The notes beneath the pieces were generated by a model that made no database searches, was not told the origin of the DNA, and saw nothing but the letters and a program-made list of their open reading frames with translations. 64,000 nt of DNA, from NCBI GenBank assembly GCA_020633325.1, contig JACKDX010000002.1, positions 270,901-334,900 on the forward strand, in the 5' to 3' direction. Source of the DNA: Myxococcales bacterium. Its GTDB lineage: Bacteria; Myxococcota_A; Polyangia; Polyangiales; GCA-016699535. Position numbers and translations under genes: made by a program. Positions 25,695 through 34,350 of this stretch are shown piece after piece; positions within the stretch are counted from its first letter, which is position 1, and the number at the start of each line of letters is the position of its first letter.

Positions 25695-27728
25695 TCAGGG
25701 ACCATAATACAAACTACCATGATAGGCGAAGTAGTCAGGAGCCATTATGGGAAACACGTTCTCGATATGAAACGGCGGCATCGACGGAATCGGTATCGGT
25801 CCAATATGGTTGAGTAAGCTCTTAAGCTCTTCTTCGAACAGCGTCGTCAACACCTCATCCAATATCGGTCCGTTGGGAAACGATTCAACAGCCTGGGTTG
25901 CGTCGGCGGCTAAAGTAAAGGAAACGGGGTCGATACGCACTGAGCGACTATCTGCCACAATCACCACCTGAGCTCGCAACGCAAGGGACAGTTCAAAAAG
26001 CACGACCTCAGGCTCTTGCTGACTGACAGCTTTCACGCGCATATCGGGGAGAAGCATCGTCACCGTGTTGTCCCTTGTTTGGCGCAAGACAGGAGGCAGA
26101 GGGGTGATGACATCGAAACGGACGGTGGATTGCGGGTCCGCTGCAGTTGACACTGGAAGTAAAGAGGACAGTTCGCCAACGGTAAGGGACTCCCCACCAA
26201 AGTTGGGTTGGATCAATTGCTGATTAAAATATCCCGATGCCCACGCGGTATAAAGCCCAGCATTTACGAGATCGGAGGAAACCGCCGCCGCCACGTTTCC
26301 GCCGGACAGCGTCAATGGCGCCTGCGCCCGCCTGGCATTGACCAAGGTGCCAGGACCGAACATGATGGGATCAGCCGCGCGGATGCCGACACTCCCCGAC
26401 ATCTGTAATACCGACCCATTCGCATCAAACCGCTCTAGAGTCCCACTGACCCTGCCCCTAACCCCCGCAATGGCGATGTCTTTGGCGAGCTCGATCTCTA
26501 GTGCTTGCCTGAGCGCCGCCTGGGCGTGGCGATGGAGTTCGCCCCGAAGTGTGTCCTGGGCTTTCTGACGCAACACTTGCCGGATGACGGGCGCCTGGGC
26601 CACCTGGTGGTAAAACTCGTTCGACATGGATAATGCGCAGTCATCGAGATTGGGACACACTGAGACACTCGGCCACGACAACTCGACCTGAGGACGGCCG
26701 TCTTGAGCGTAGGGACGCGCGGTGAAGTTTGCAGTAATTTCGCGCACATAGACGCTGCCCGATGCATCGGGCACAATATCGGAAAGAAACGCGAAAGAAA
26801 CGCGGCTGTGGTATACCGAGGCCCGTATTTCGAGTGCTCCATTTCTGAGATATGTCTGAAGTTTGATGCCGCCGTGCTCAAATCCGGTGGCTCGGATGGC
26901 ATAATAGAGCGTTCCCTGATTGCTGTATGCCGAGGCGAGCGGGTTCAAGCTTAGCAACATGCTGGAGAAATCTCTCGCATTCACGACCTGTTCAACATAT
27001 GCGGAGATCGCATCAACCGCGGTCTGTCCCATAGAGAACGTGAAAGCTTGAGGTATCTCCGCACCCGCTTGGACATCAGAAAAATCTCCAATAATAAGCG
27101 CGATACGCCGGCATGTGGTATGCCCTGCGCGATCAACGGCGCACAGACGCCGGCGCTCGGCCCCGGGGGTCACCGGCTCGCTTAGCGCGAAGCGTCCATC
27201 GGGCCCACTCACTGTCACCTGCCTACCACGCATGGAGGGATCGGTCGGGTCGGTGAGCAGTAGCTGTTGAAGATGGTCGTCGAGAATGTGTCCGGTGACG
27301 TTCAGGCGATTCCCTTTCAAAAACCCGTAGCCCTCCGAGAGGGGCGCATCGAATTCCAGCTTGGGCTGAGCATCGTCACAATAGAAATCCACGTGGGTGG
27401 TCAGATCCGTGCCCGGGACCCATACGTCAATCCGCTGCACCTCGTCGCACGTCTCAAGTTTTACCGGCGCGTTAATGGCGTTATGGCGAATCGCAACAGG
27501 CGTGTCGTTCACGTAGGCCTCGCTGATATCGCTATCTGTTAGGCGGAGAGAGGCCTTGAGGATGACGGTTTTTGATGGCAGAAATCCGGCTGGTTTCGGC
27601 GAGACAATCCGCAACCACCCCTGGGCGGATCTCGCTTCAATCCGAGAGGTATGTTGCGGGTCTCTCGATGGGGTTGGCACACAGGAATATGCGCCCCACA
27701 CAAAGACTATCAGTAGGACTGGTTTCAT
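25695..27728 (-). CDS. Large secreted/lipoprotein of unknown function
   Basis: 677 aa. N-terminal signal MKPVLLIVFVWGAYSC (lipobox-like). The first ~200 aa look like beta-sandwich modules. The remainder has no motif I can name. Confidence 0.5.
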   Translation of the reverse strand: MKPVLLIVFVWGAYSCVPTPSRDPQHTSRIEARSAQGWLRIVSPKPAGFLPSKTVILKASLRLTDSDISEAYVNDTPVAIRHNAINAPVKLETCDEVQRIDVWVPGTDLTTHVDFYCDDAQPKLEFDAPLSEGYGFLKGNRLNVTGHILDDHLQQLLLTDPTDPSMRGRQVTVSGPDGRFALSEPVTPGAERRRLCAVDRAGHTTCRRIALIIGDFSDVQAGAEIPQAFTFSMGQTAVDAISAYVEQVVNARDFSSMLLSLNPLASAYSNQGTLYYAIRATGFEHGGIKLQTYLRNGALEIRASVYHSRVSFAFLSDIVPDASGSVYVREITANFTARPYAQDGRPQVELSWPSVSVCPNLDDCALSMSNEFYHQVAQAPVIRQVLRQKAQDTLRGELHRHAQAALRQALEIELAKDIAIAGVRGRVSGTLERFDANGSVLQMSGSVGIRAADPIMFGPGTLVNARRAQAPLTLSGGNVAAAVSSDLVNAGLYTAWASGYFNQQLIQPNFGGESLTVGELSSLLPVSTAADPQSTVRFDVITPLPPVLRQTRDNTVTMLLPDMRVKAVSQQEPEVVLFELSLALRAQVVIVADSRSVRIDPVSFTLAADATQAVESFPNGPILDEVLTTLFEEELKSLLNHIGPIPIPSMPPFHIENVFPIMAPDYFAYHGSLYYGP

Positions 27729-27822
27729 AAAAATAGCGCGCTACACTAGCGCACAATGACGCTAGCGCGACACCATGTCAGGTGCAAGCTCAGCGCCTCG
27801 CGGACGCATCGGAGAAGAAATC

Positions 27823-28812
27823 ATGTCAGTCGAGTTGCCAGGCAAAGCAATGATCACGGGGGCAAGTGGCTTCATCGGTGGGCGCCTGCGCGACACACTT
27901 GCTGCCGGCGGAACCGAGGTCGTTGCGTTGCGCCGTCGCGGCTCGTTACCGTCGCCGAACAGTCGCACTGTTGAGGTCGATTACGCGGACAAAAATATGC
28001 TGACGCGCGTGTTGACTGATGAGCGTCCGGATTACCTTTTCCATGTGGCAGGCGCGACAAAGGGTCGTACATATATCGATTTTCGTGAGGCCAACGTCAC
28101 CCCCACCGCTAACCTCTATCACGCTGCGAAAGAGGGCTGTCCCAATCTCAAGCGCTTCGTACTGACCTCCTCGCTCGCGGCTTTTGGTCCATCCGATCGA
28201 CACTGGCGTCACAACGGAGAGACGCAACCAAGGCCCATCGAGTATTACGGGCAAAGCAAGCTTGAAGCGGAGCGGGCGCTCACAAACGACTTGGCCCTTC
28301 CATGGACGATTGTTCGTCCCGGCGGGGTCTATGGGCCTGGAGATGTGGATTATTTTACGCTTTTTAAATCCATACACCGCGGACTCAACGTATTTTTTGG
28401 AAATCGCGAGCGGCTATTTTCCGCCGTGTTCGTGGATGATTTTATCCGTGCACTGATCCAGTCAGCACAAAGCCCGAACAGTGTTGGGAAAGGGTATTTC
28501 ATTTGTGATGGCTCGCCGGTGAGCTGGGAGGCCTTCCAGCGCCGCATCGTTGAGGTCTCAGGCAAGCGTGTGCGCGAGCTCGATTTGCCAGAGACGTTGG
28601 TATATCTGAGCGCGTGGGGTGGCGAACTCTTGACACGCTTCGATGGCAAACCGCGCCTTTTCAATCGGCAGAAGGCCCGCATGGGCGCTCAGTCGGCATG
28701 GACGTGCGATCATGGGGAGGCGCGGAAAGACTTTGGATATACGCCTCGGGTCATGATGCCTGAGGGCGTCGAGCGCACCTATGTTTGGTATCAGAGTCAA
28801 GGTTGGCTTTGA
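27823..28812 (+). CDS. NAD(P)-dependent epimerase/dehydratase (extended SDR)
   Basis: Rossmann motif ITGASGFIGGRL, catalytic YYGQSKLEAE. Start placed at the ATG at 27823, preceded by GGAGAAG. The longest ORF starts at 27775. Confidence 0.8.
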   Translation: MSVELPGKAMITGASGFIGGRLRDTLAAGGTEVVALRRRGSLPSPNSRTVEVDYADKNMLTRVLTDERPDYLFHVAGATKGRTYIDFREANVTPTANLYHAAKEGCPNLKRFVLTSSLAAFGPSDRHWRHNGETQPRPIEYYGQSKLEAERALTNDLALPWTIVRPGGVYGPGDVDYFTLFKSIHRGLNVFFGNRERLFSAVFVDDFIRALIQSAQSPNSVGKGYFICDGSPVSWEAFQRRIVEVSGKRVRELDLPETLVYLSAWGGELLTRFDGKPRLFNRQKARMGAQSAWTCDHGEARKDFGYTPRVMMPEGVERTYVWYQSQGWL

Positions 28813-29775
28813 TCACGCCTTTGTCTGGTTGCGCCCCGCACGTTTGGCTTCGTAGAGTTTTTCATCGGCGGTCTTAATCAGCATTTGCTCGTTGGTGATC
28901 GACGGTTGCCACTCCGCCACCCCTAAGCTGATGGTGATGCTCAACTTGAGGCCCTCAAATGCAAACACCTTAGTCTCCACCAGCCGGCGGAGCTTTTCGG
29001 CCAGCTCGGCAGCACCTTTTTGACCGACCTCTGGCAACAGAATGCCAAACTCTTCGCCCCCGATTCGTGCCAAAGAATCGTCACGTCGAATCCGGGATCG
29101 AACAAGATCGGCTATCTGTCGCAACACGGCATCCCCAGCCAGATGGCCATACGTGTCATTGATCTGCTTGAAATGGTCAATGTCAAACAACAGCAACGAA
29201 AAAATACGCTGATATCGTCGGCTGCGAGACATTTCCTTTTCGAGCTCTTCCGAAAAGTAGCGCTTGTTATAGACATCGGTGAGGCCATCGACGGTCATCA
29301 ATCGATAGATTTCTTCATGGTACTGCACCTCGACGTTATCGCCTTTAATGAACTTTAAGATCGTTCCGCCTATTTTGATCTGGTCACCGTCTTTGAGTGC
29401 CACCTCATTGACGAACGTATGGTTGACAGACGTTCCATTGGTGGAACCCAAATCACTAATGACGTACTCCTGCCCCTGCTGCACCACGCGCGCGTGGGTG
29501 CGCGAAACATTGTCCTGGTCAACCTGAATGTCACACTTCGACGAACGTCCGATGCTGACCGGGTCCGCCCCGAGCGGGACACGTCGCCCCAGGTCATCTC
29601 CGTAGATGACCACCAGACATGCTTGATGGTCCACGCCGCCCCTTTTGGGAGCCGAGGTGATGACCGTAACGACCGTTTTGCTTGGATTGGTCGTGCGTTC
29701 GTCGTAGCTCACCCGCTCAGTGTACTCCGGGTGAGGTGGCCACGGCAAAACTACGTGAGAGGCAGTGTAGGACAC
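28813..29775 (-). CDS. FHA-domain diguanylate cyclase (FHA-GGDEF)
   Basis: 320 aa. FHA signature (GRSSKCDIQVDQDNVSRTHARV...SDLGSTNGTSVN). GGDEF domain has an intact GGEEF active site and an RxxD I-site five residues upstream (RRDDSLARIGGEEF). Confidence 0.85.
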   Translation of the reverse strand: MSYTASHVVLPWPPHPEYTERVSYDERTTNPSKTVVTVITSAPKRGGVDHQACLVVIYGDDLGRRVPLGADPVSIGRSSKCDIQVDQDNVSRTHARVVQQGQEYVISDLGSTNGTSVNHTFVNEVALKDGDQIKIGGTILKFIKGDNVEVQYHEEIYRLMTVDGLTDVYNKRYFSEELEKEMSRSRRYQRIFSLLLFDIDHFKQINDTYGHLAGDAVLRQIADLVRSRIRRDDSLARIGGEEFGILLPEVGQKGAAELAEKLRRLVETKVFAFEGLKLSITISLGVAEWQPSITNEQMLIKTADEKLYEAKRAGRNQTKA

Positions 29776-29840
29776 GCTCCTCGCTCACGGACGGGGCACC
29801 CACTTTGGGGTTTTTCACCCCGCCGCCCCTGGTTTTTTTT

Positions 29841-29870
29841 TTGACTCGCGTGTTTCCGGTTGGCTAGCGT
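29841..29870 (+). promoter_or_regulatory. Candidate sigma70-type promoter for the PBP gene, preceded by a T10 UP-like tract
   Basis: TTGACT (29841-29846), 18-nt spacer, TAGCGT (29865-29870, fits TAnnnT). A T10 run at 29833-29842 runs into the -35 element. The predicted TSS falls at or near the GTG at 29877. Confidence 0.3.
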
Positions 29871-29876
29871 ACCCGG

Positions 29877-31106
29877 GTGCTCCCCAGGTGGAAGATGGAC
29901 TGGCCCTTGATGGCTCTCCTTATAGTGGTAGGAGGGTTTGTTCCGCCACAGGTTTGGGCAGTCCCAGGAGGCGCCGAGATACCCGAGGCCGAGCGCCTAT
30001 CCCCCCTCGAGGTGCCCCACGACTTCAATCCTTCGGCCTACACGGTGAGGGATGGACAGCTGGTGGTATCAACCGATTCGGCCGAGGTGCTGTTAACCCT
30101 CTCAGCGCCGCTACAGCGCGAGATCGAAGCGTTATTGGCACGCTACGAGGTGCCGGCTGCCGGGGTCGTGGTAATGGAACCCAAGACCGGAAAGATTCTT
30201 GCCTATGTCAATCACCAAAGCACGTCGCTGGTGGGTGTGGGCGACATGGTGCGAAGTGCCGAGGCGCCAGCGGCGTCCGTATTTAAGATTGTCACCGCCG
30301 CGGCTCTTATTGATAAGGGTGTCCTTCCGAGCACCGAGATCTGCTACGGCGGCGGTTATCACAGACTGACGGGAGCAGACCTCAAGGACGATCCCAGGCG
30401 AGACCGCGCCTGCGCCACGTTTTCAGACGCCATGGGTCAGTCGATCAACACCATTTTTGCAAAGCTCGCGGTACGTCACCTCGATGCTGAACGTTTGAAG
30501 CGCTATGCCTCGGCGTTTGGTTTTGGTCATAGATTGCCCTTTGATGTACCGTTGCAGCCAAGCGCGATCGATATACCTGTTGAGGAACTCGAATTTGCGC
30601 GCGCGGCAGCGGGGTTTTGGCACACACAACTCTCGCCTCTGCATGGCGCCCTGCTGGCAGCGACGGTGGCTAACCAGGGCCGAATGCCGCGTGCGCACAT
30701 CATTCAAAGTGTGAGATATCCCTGTGGGGAGATGGCCGTTTTACGTGACGCCGCGCCGTTCAGAGCAGTCATCTCTGAAGATACGGCAAGAACGCTCGCG
30801 CAGATGATGACTCGCACGGTCTCGAAGGGCACCGCATTCCGGGCGTTTCATGACAGCGAGGGCAAGCCCTTTCTTCCGGGCATCGATGTCGCGGGCAAGA
30901 CAGGCAGCCTGAGTGCTAGCGATCCCTACCGCGCGTACAGCTGGTGGGTGGGGTTTGCCCCGGCCGAAGCCCCTAGCTATGTCATCTCTGCGCTCATCGT
31001 GAACTCTCCGACATGGCGCATCAAAGCATCTCTTGTTGCGCGTGAGTCGATACGCATGGCGATGCAGGCACAATCGGGCGCGGCTTTAGCAAGCGCGAAC
31101 CCTTAG
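29877..31106 (+). CDS. Penicillin-binding protein, transpeptidase domain (class B-like, short)
   Basis: 409 aa. N-terminal membrane anchor, SxxK (ASVFKIV) and KTGS motifs. An alternative ATG start lies at 29895. Confidence 0.75.
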   Translation: MLPRWKMDWPLMALLIVVGGFVPPQVWAVPGGAEIPEAERLSPLEVPHDFNPSAYTVRDGQLVVSTDSAEVLLTLSAPLQREIEALLARYEVPAAGVVVMEPKTGKILAYVNHQSTSLVGVGDMVRSAEAPAASVFKIVTAAALIDKGVLPSTEICYGGGYHRLTGADLKDDPRRDRACATFSDAMGQSINTIFAKLAVRHLDAERLKRYASAFGFGHRLPFDVPLQPSAIDIPVEELEFARAAAGFWHTQLSPLHGALLAATVANQGRMPRAHIIQSVRYPCGEMAVLRDAAPFRAVISEDTARTLAQMMTRTVSKGTAFRAFHDSEGKPFLPGIDVAGKTGSLSASDPYRAYSWWVGFAPAEAPSYVISALIVNSPTWRIKASLVARESIRMAMQAQSGAALASANP

Positions 31107-31200
31107 CGGGCGGCTTCAGGCTGCTGCTTCCTCGAAGGGGCTCTTGGGACGCATATTAAACGCACGCCCAAAGTGTGTTATGACGCCTCCGAGGTGAATT

Positions 31201-32472
31201 ATGGAGCGGCCTTCCTTGCCAATGGTGCTGGTCATTTTGGGCGCGGTCATGGGACTGACATTCTCGGCGTTCTCAACGAGCGATTTCGTTGCGCACCTAG
31301 ATCGCCAGGTGCACAGCCTGCATTGTTCGTTTGTCCCCGGTATCGCCCGCACGGATGCCAGCGGACAGTCGGGGTGCCATGTAACAATGATGAGCCCATA
31401 TTCTTCATTTTTGCGTGACCAGTTTTGGGGCGGTTTGCCGATCTCCCTGCCTGCCATGAGCGTCTTTGCATTTTTGCTGTTTTGGGGGCTTAAACTGGTC
31501 ATTGCCTCAGAGCAGCGTGATCGCGCACGCACCGGGTTTTTATTTTTGGCGACGCTTGTGCCGGTGTTGGCCTCGATTGTGATGGGGGTTATCTCCTTCG
31601 CAACCCTAGGGACAGCGTGCAAGCTGTGCATCGGGATCTACGCGGCGAGCGTCATCTCGGCGCTGGGCGCATGGTGGCTTTGGCGCCAGGCATTGGCGAA
31701 CCGAGCGCATCCGCATATGCAAAGATATGCCGACGATCCCCCGTTTCCCGGAGAAGCGGTGAGTCGCTCAGGACTATCCCATGGCGGAACGTTCAGCCTG
31801 GGCCGCGCTGTGGGAACGTTCGTCCTGGGAGTGCTGTTTGTCGCGATTCCGCTGGTCGCTTACGTGCAAGCCATGCCCGATTACCGGCGGTACACCGCGG
31901 GATGCGGCGATCTCGAAAAGTCGAAGGACGCCTACGGTGTCATGGTCCCCATTGGACCGCAGAGCGGCACCGAAGCCATTGAAGTGCTTGATCCGCTGTG
32001 TCCGGCGTGTGTAGCCTTTGAACGACGTTTGGAGAGTTCGGGTCTGCACGAGCGCATCAGCCGCCACGCATTGCTGTTTCCGCTCGATTCGGCGTGCAAC
32101 TGGATGGTGAGTGAAGCAGTTCATCCTGGAGCGTGCGCGGTGAGCGAGGCGATTTTATGTGCAGGGCGACGTGCCGACCGCGTCCTTCAGTGGGCGTTTG
32201 AGCATCAAGCGGAAATACGTGCGCAGGCGGCGAAACGACCCGAATCAGCCAAGCGCGCCGTCTTAGCGAGCTTTCCCGAGCTTCGCTCCTGCCTGGGCTC
32301 GCCCAAGGTCAAGTCCCAGATCAATCGTTCTCTCCGTTGGGTGGTTTCAAATCACCTTCCCGTCTTAACACCCCAGCTCTACATAGCCGGAAAAAAGCTA
32401 TGTGATGAAGACATCGACCTGGGTTTGAACTACACCCTCGATCGCATGCTTGCCCAGCAAGGAGGCCACTGA
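31201..32472 (+). CDS. Vitamin K epoxide reductase (VKOR) homolog fused to a DsbA/thioredoxin-like domain
   Basis: 423 aa. N-terminal 4-5 TM helices with loop cysteines (HSLHCSF, SGCHVTMMSPYS) and a membrane CxxC (GTACKLCIGIY), typical of VKOR. The C-terminal soluble domain has a thioredoxin-fold CxxC (DPLCPACVAFE). Confidence 0.8.
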   Translation: MERPSLPMVLVILGAVMGLTFSAFSTSDFVAHLDRQVHSLHCSFVPGIARTDASGQSGCHVTMMSPYSSFLRDQFWGGLPISLPAMSVFAFLLFWGLKLVIASEQRDRARTGFLFLATLVPVLASIVMGVISFATLGTACKLCIGIYAASVISALGAWWLWRQALANRAHPHMQRYADDPPFPGEAVSRSGLSHGGTFSLGRAVGTFVLGVLFVAIPLVAYVQAMPDYRRYTAGCGDLEKSKDAYGVMVPIGPQSGTEAIEVLDPLCPACVAFERRLESSGLHERISRHALLFPLDSACNWMVSEAVHPGACAVSEAILCAGRRADRVLQWAFEHQAEIRAQAAKRPESAKRAVLASFPELRSCLGSPKVKSQINRSLRWVVSNHLPVLTPQLYIAGKKLCDEDIDLGLNYTLDRMLAQQGGH

Positions 32473-33167
32473 TGTCAAAATTTCTTGTCGTCCTCACGGC
32501 TCTCGCGTGCGCGGCCATCCCATTGGTGTGTTCTTACGCCTGGGTGACGGATGCCAGCGGCAGACTCAAGGCCTCGGAGCTGAGCTTCGAAGAGGAGAGC
32601 GACGTCGCGGTGGCTAAAGCCACAGATGAACAATACTGCACACCAGAGCTCAAGCGGATTTTACGGCGCGTGCTACAAAGCTGCGGTTTGCTAAGCACCG
32701 GACAGGTGCGCGGTTGTCAGCCGCTGGAAGCAAAAAACGTGGCGACTATGAGTGGCGACGATTTCAACGCTTTGTTTCTGCCCATGGCGCCGCGCGCAGG
32801 CATCGTGCAATTCGATCGCGACTCAGCGCAGCTCGATGCGCAAGATGTCGCGCTGATTGATCAAGTCTTCTCCGATCAAAGGGGAGCGAGCTACTTCTTC
32901 ATCGTGTCGCGGGCTTCGCCGGAGGGCGCCACGGAGCACAATCGTGAATTGTCAAAAACGCGCGCCGAGGCCGTCATGGCCCATTTGCGCCAGGCGTTTA
33001 ATGATCCCGATTTGGAGCGTGAAGTCGGCCTTCTATGGTTGGGAGAAGAGTTTGCCCAGCTTCAGGATCAATTTTGCACCTGGAGGCGAAGCGGCACAGA
33101 GGGTGTATGTGCTCCCGAAGAACTCAACCGAAGCGCGTTCATGGCATGGATCGATTGCAGACTATAG
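32472..33167 (+). CDS. Secreted Cys-containing OmpA/MotB-like domain protein
   Basis: 231 aa with a signal peptide. C-terminal OmpA-like core (FFIVSRASPEGATEHNRELSKTRAEAV). Several paired cysteines. TGATG overlap with the VKOR gene. Confidence 0.6.
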   Translation: MSKFLVVLTALACAAIPLVCSYAWVTDASGRLKASELSFEEESDVAVAKATDEQYCTPELKRILRRVLQSCGLLSTGQVRGCQPLEAKNVATMSGDDFNALFLPMAPRAGIVQFDRDSAQLDAQDVALIDQVFSDQRGASYFFIVSRASPEGATEHNRELSKTRAEAVMAHLRQAFNDPDLEREVGLLWLGEEFAQLQDQFCTWRRSGTEGVCAPEELNRSAFMAWIDCRL

Positions 33168-33745
33168 TTATCGCGTTTGCGGGGTGCTTGCTCCTGGCAT
33201 GCAGCGCCAAGGGCAGCAAGCCGCCCGAGGAAGCAGCGTCTCGGGTCAATGCCGTGGCGTCAAAGACAGAAATAGTGTCCCTCGAGGCCTTTTGCGATGT
33301 CCGCGCCCCATTATCCAAGGCCAAGACCTTTCATTTGCCAGCGCTTGCGGACGGCAAGAAGTCACGCGTATTTGCGGGCTGGCGTTGGACCAACGTATGG
33401 GCGACGTGGTGCGAGCCGTGTATCGAGGAGATGCCGATGTTGATGCAATGGGAGACTAAGCTCCAGCGGCAAGGGAGAAAACTTGATCTCGAGTTCCTCT
33501 CGGTGGATAGCACCCAGGAATTGGTGATGCGATTCAGGAGCAGCCACCCAGAAACTCCGGATGGTGTGCGTATCTCGGACTTTGGGCTATTGCCCGATTG
33601 GTTGAGTTCTCTGGGGTTGGATGAAGGAGCAACAATCCCCATTCACATCATTACCAATCCTTCGAACCAGGTGCGCTGTGTGCGAACGGGCGCGATCAAT
33701 GAGACGGATTACCCCGCCATCCTAGAAGTGCTGTCTCAAGGATAG
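33146..33745 (+). CDS. TlpA/ResA-like thiol:disulfide oxidoreductase lipoprotein
   Basis: Start chosen at MDRLQTIVIAFAGCLLLAC (lipobox LLAC). Thioredoxin-fold active site WATWCEPC. The longest ORF (from 33035) would run through the upstream gene in another frame. Confidence 0.75.
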   Translation: MDRLQTIVIAFAGCLLLACSAKGSKPPEEAASRVNAVASKTEIVSLEAFCDVRAPLSKAKTFHLPALADGKKSRVFAGWRWTNVWATWCEPCIEEMPMLMQWETKLQRQGRKLDLEFLSVDSTQELVMRFRSSHPETPDGVRISDFGLLPDWLSSLGLDEGATIPIHIITNPSNQVRCVRTGAINETDYPAILEVLSQG

Positions 33746-33763
33746 TGGGATCTTACGATCCCC
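33746..33763. terminator. Weak hairpin between convergent tlpA-like and yceI genes
   Basis: TGGGATC-ttac-GATCCCA, a 7-bp stem with a 4-nt loop. It is the only structure in the 26-bp convergent gap. No U-tract on either side, so it is not a canonical intrinsic terminator. Confidence 0.25.
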
Positions 33764-33771
33764 AGCGGGGA

Positions 33772-34350
33772 TTATTTTTGCAACTCGAGATTGATCTGAA
33801 TCTCGACATCATCGCCCACCAAAACACCGCCCTTATCGAGAGACTTGTTCCACGTCATGCCGAAGGCGCTGCGCTTGATAGTGGTGGTGGCCTCGACGCC
33901 ACGAACCGTCGTCCCAAAAGGGCTTGCTACGGCCTCGGTGACTTGGGCCTTTAAGGTGACCGGTTTGGTGACGCCTCGAATGGTAAGGTCACCGGTGACC
34001 TTCCAGTCTTTCCCGGCCTTTGTGATCTTGGTGCTCACGAAACGGATGGTCGGATACTTTTTGACGTCGAGGAAATCCGGACCTTTCAAATGCTCGTCAC
34101 GCTTTTTATTTTGGGTGCTGAGCGTGGCCGTGTCGAGGGTCACATCCACCATGCTGGCAGTGGGCTTTTTCTCGTCCAAGTCCACCTTGCCCTTGATGCC
34201 CTGAATCGTGCCGCGCACGGTCGTGACCATCAGATGTCGAACAGCAAAACCTGCCGAGCTATGGTCTGGGTCTATTTTCCAGGCCTCAGCGAGCGCCACA
34301 ACCGGAATGAGCCAGAATATCAAGAGCACAGCTAGCAACCTAATTCTCAT
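33772..34350 (-). CDS. YceI-family periplasmic (polyisoprenoid-binding) protein
   Basis: 192 aa. Signal peptide and YceI pattern (HSSAGFAVRHLMVTTVRGT...TIRGVTKPVTL). ATGA overlap with the upstream putP. Confidence 0.8.
   Translation of the reverse strand: MRIRLLAVLLIFWLIPVVALAEAWKIDPDHSSAGFAVRHLMVTTVRGTIQGIKGKVDLDEKKPTASMVDVTLDTATLSTQNKKRDEHLKGPDFLDVKKYPTIRFVSTKITKAGKDWKVTGDLTIRGVTKPVTLKAQVTEAVASPFGTTVRGVEATTTIKRSAFGMTWNKSLDKGGVLVGDDVEIQINLELQK

Noticed and set aside
31116-31631. 171-aa ORF on the - strand
   Set aside because: It is antisense to the N-terminal TM region of the VKOR-DsbA gene, which has clear VKOR motifs. There is no independent support.
32857-33459. 200-aa + strand ORF in an alternative frame spanning the OmpA-like/TlpA-like junction
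   Set aside because: It overlaps two ORFs with signal peptides and recognisable domains. Its translation is Arg/Ser-rich, typical of an off-frame read.
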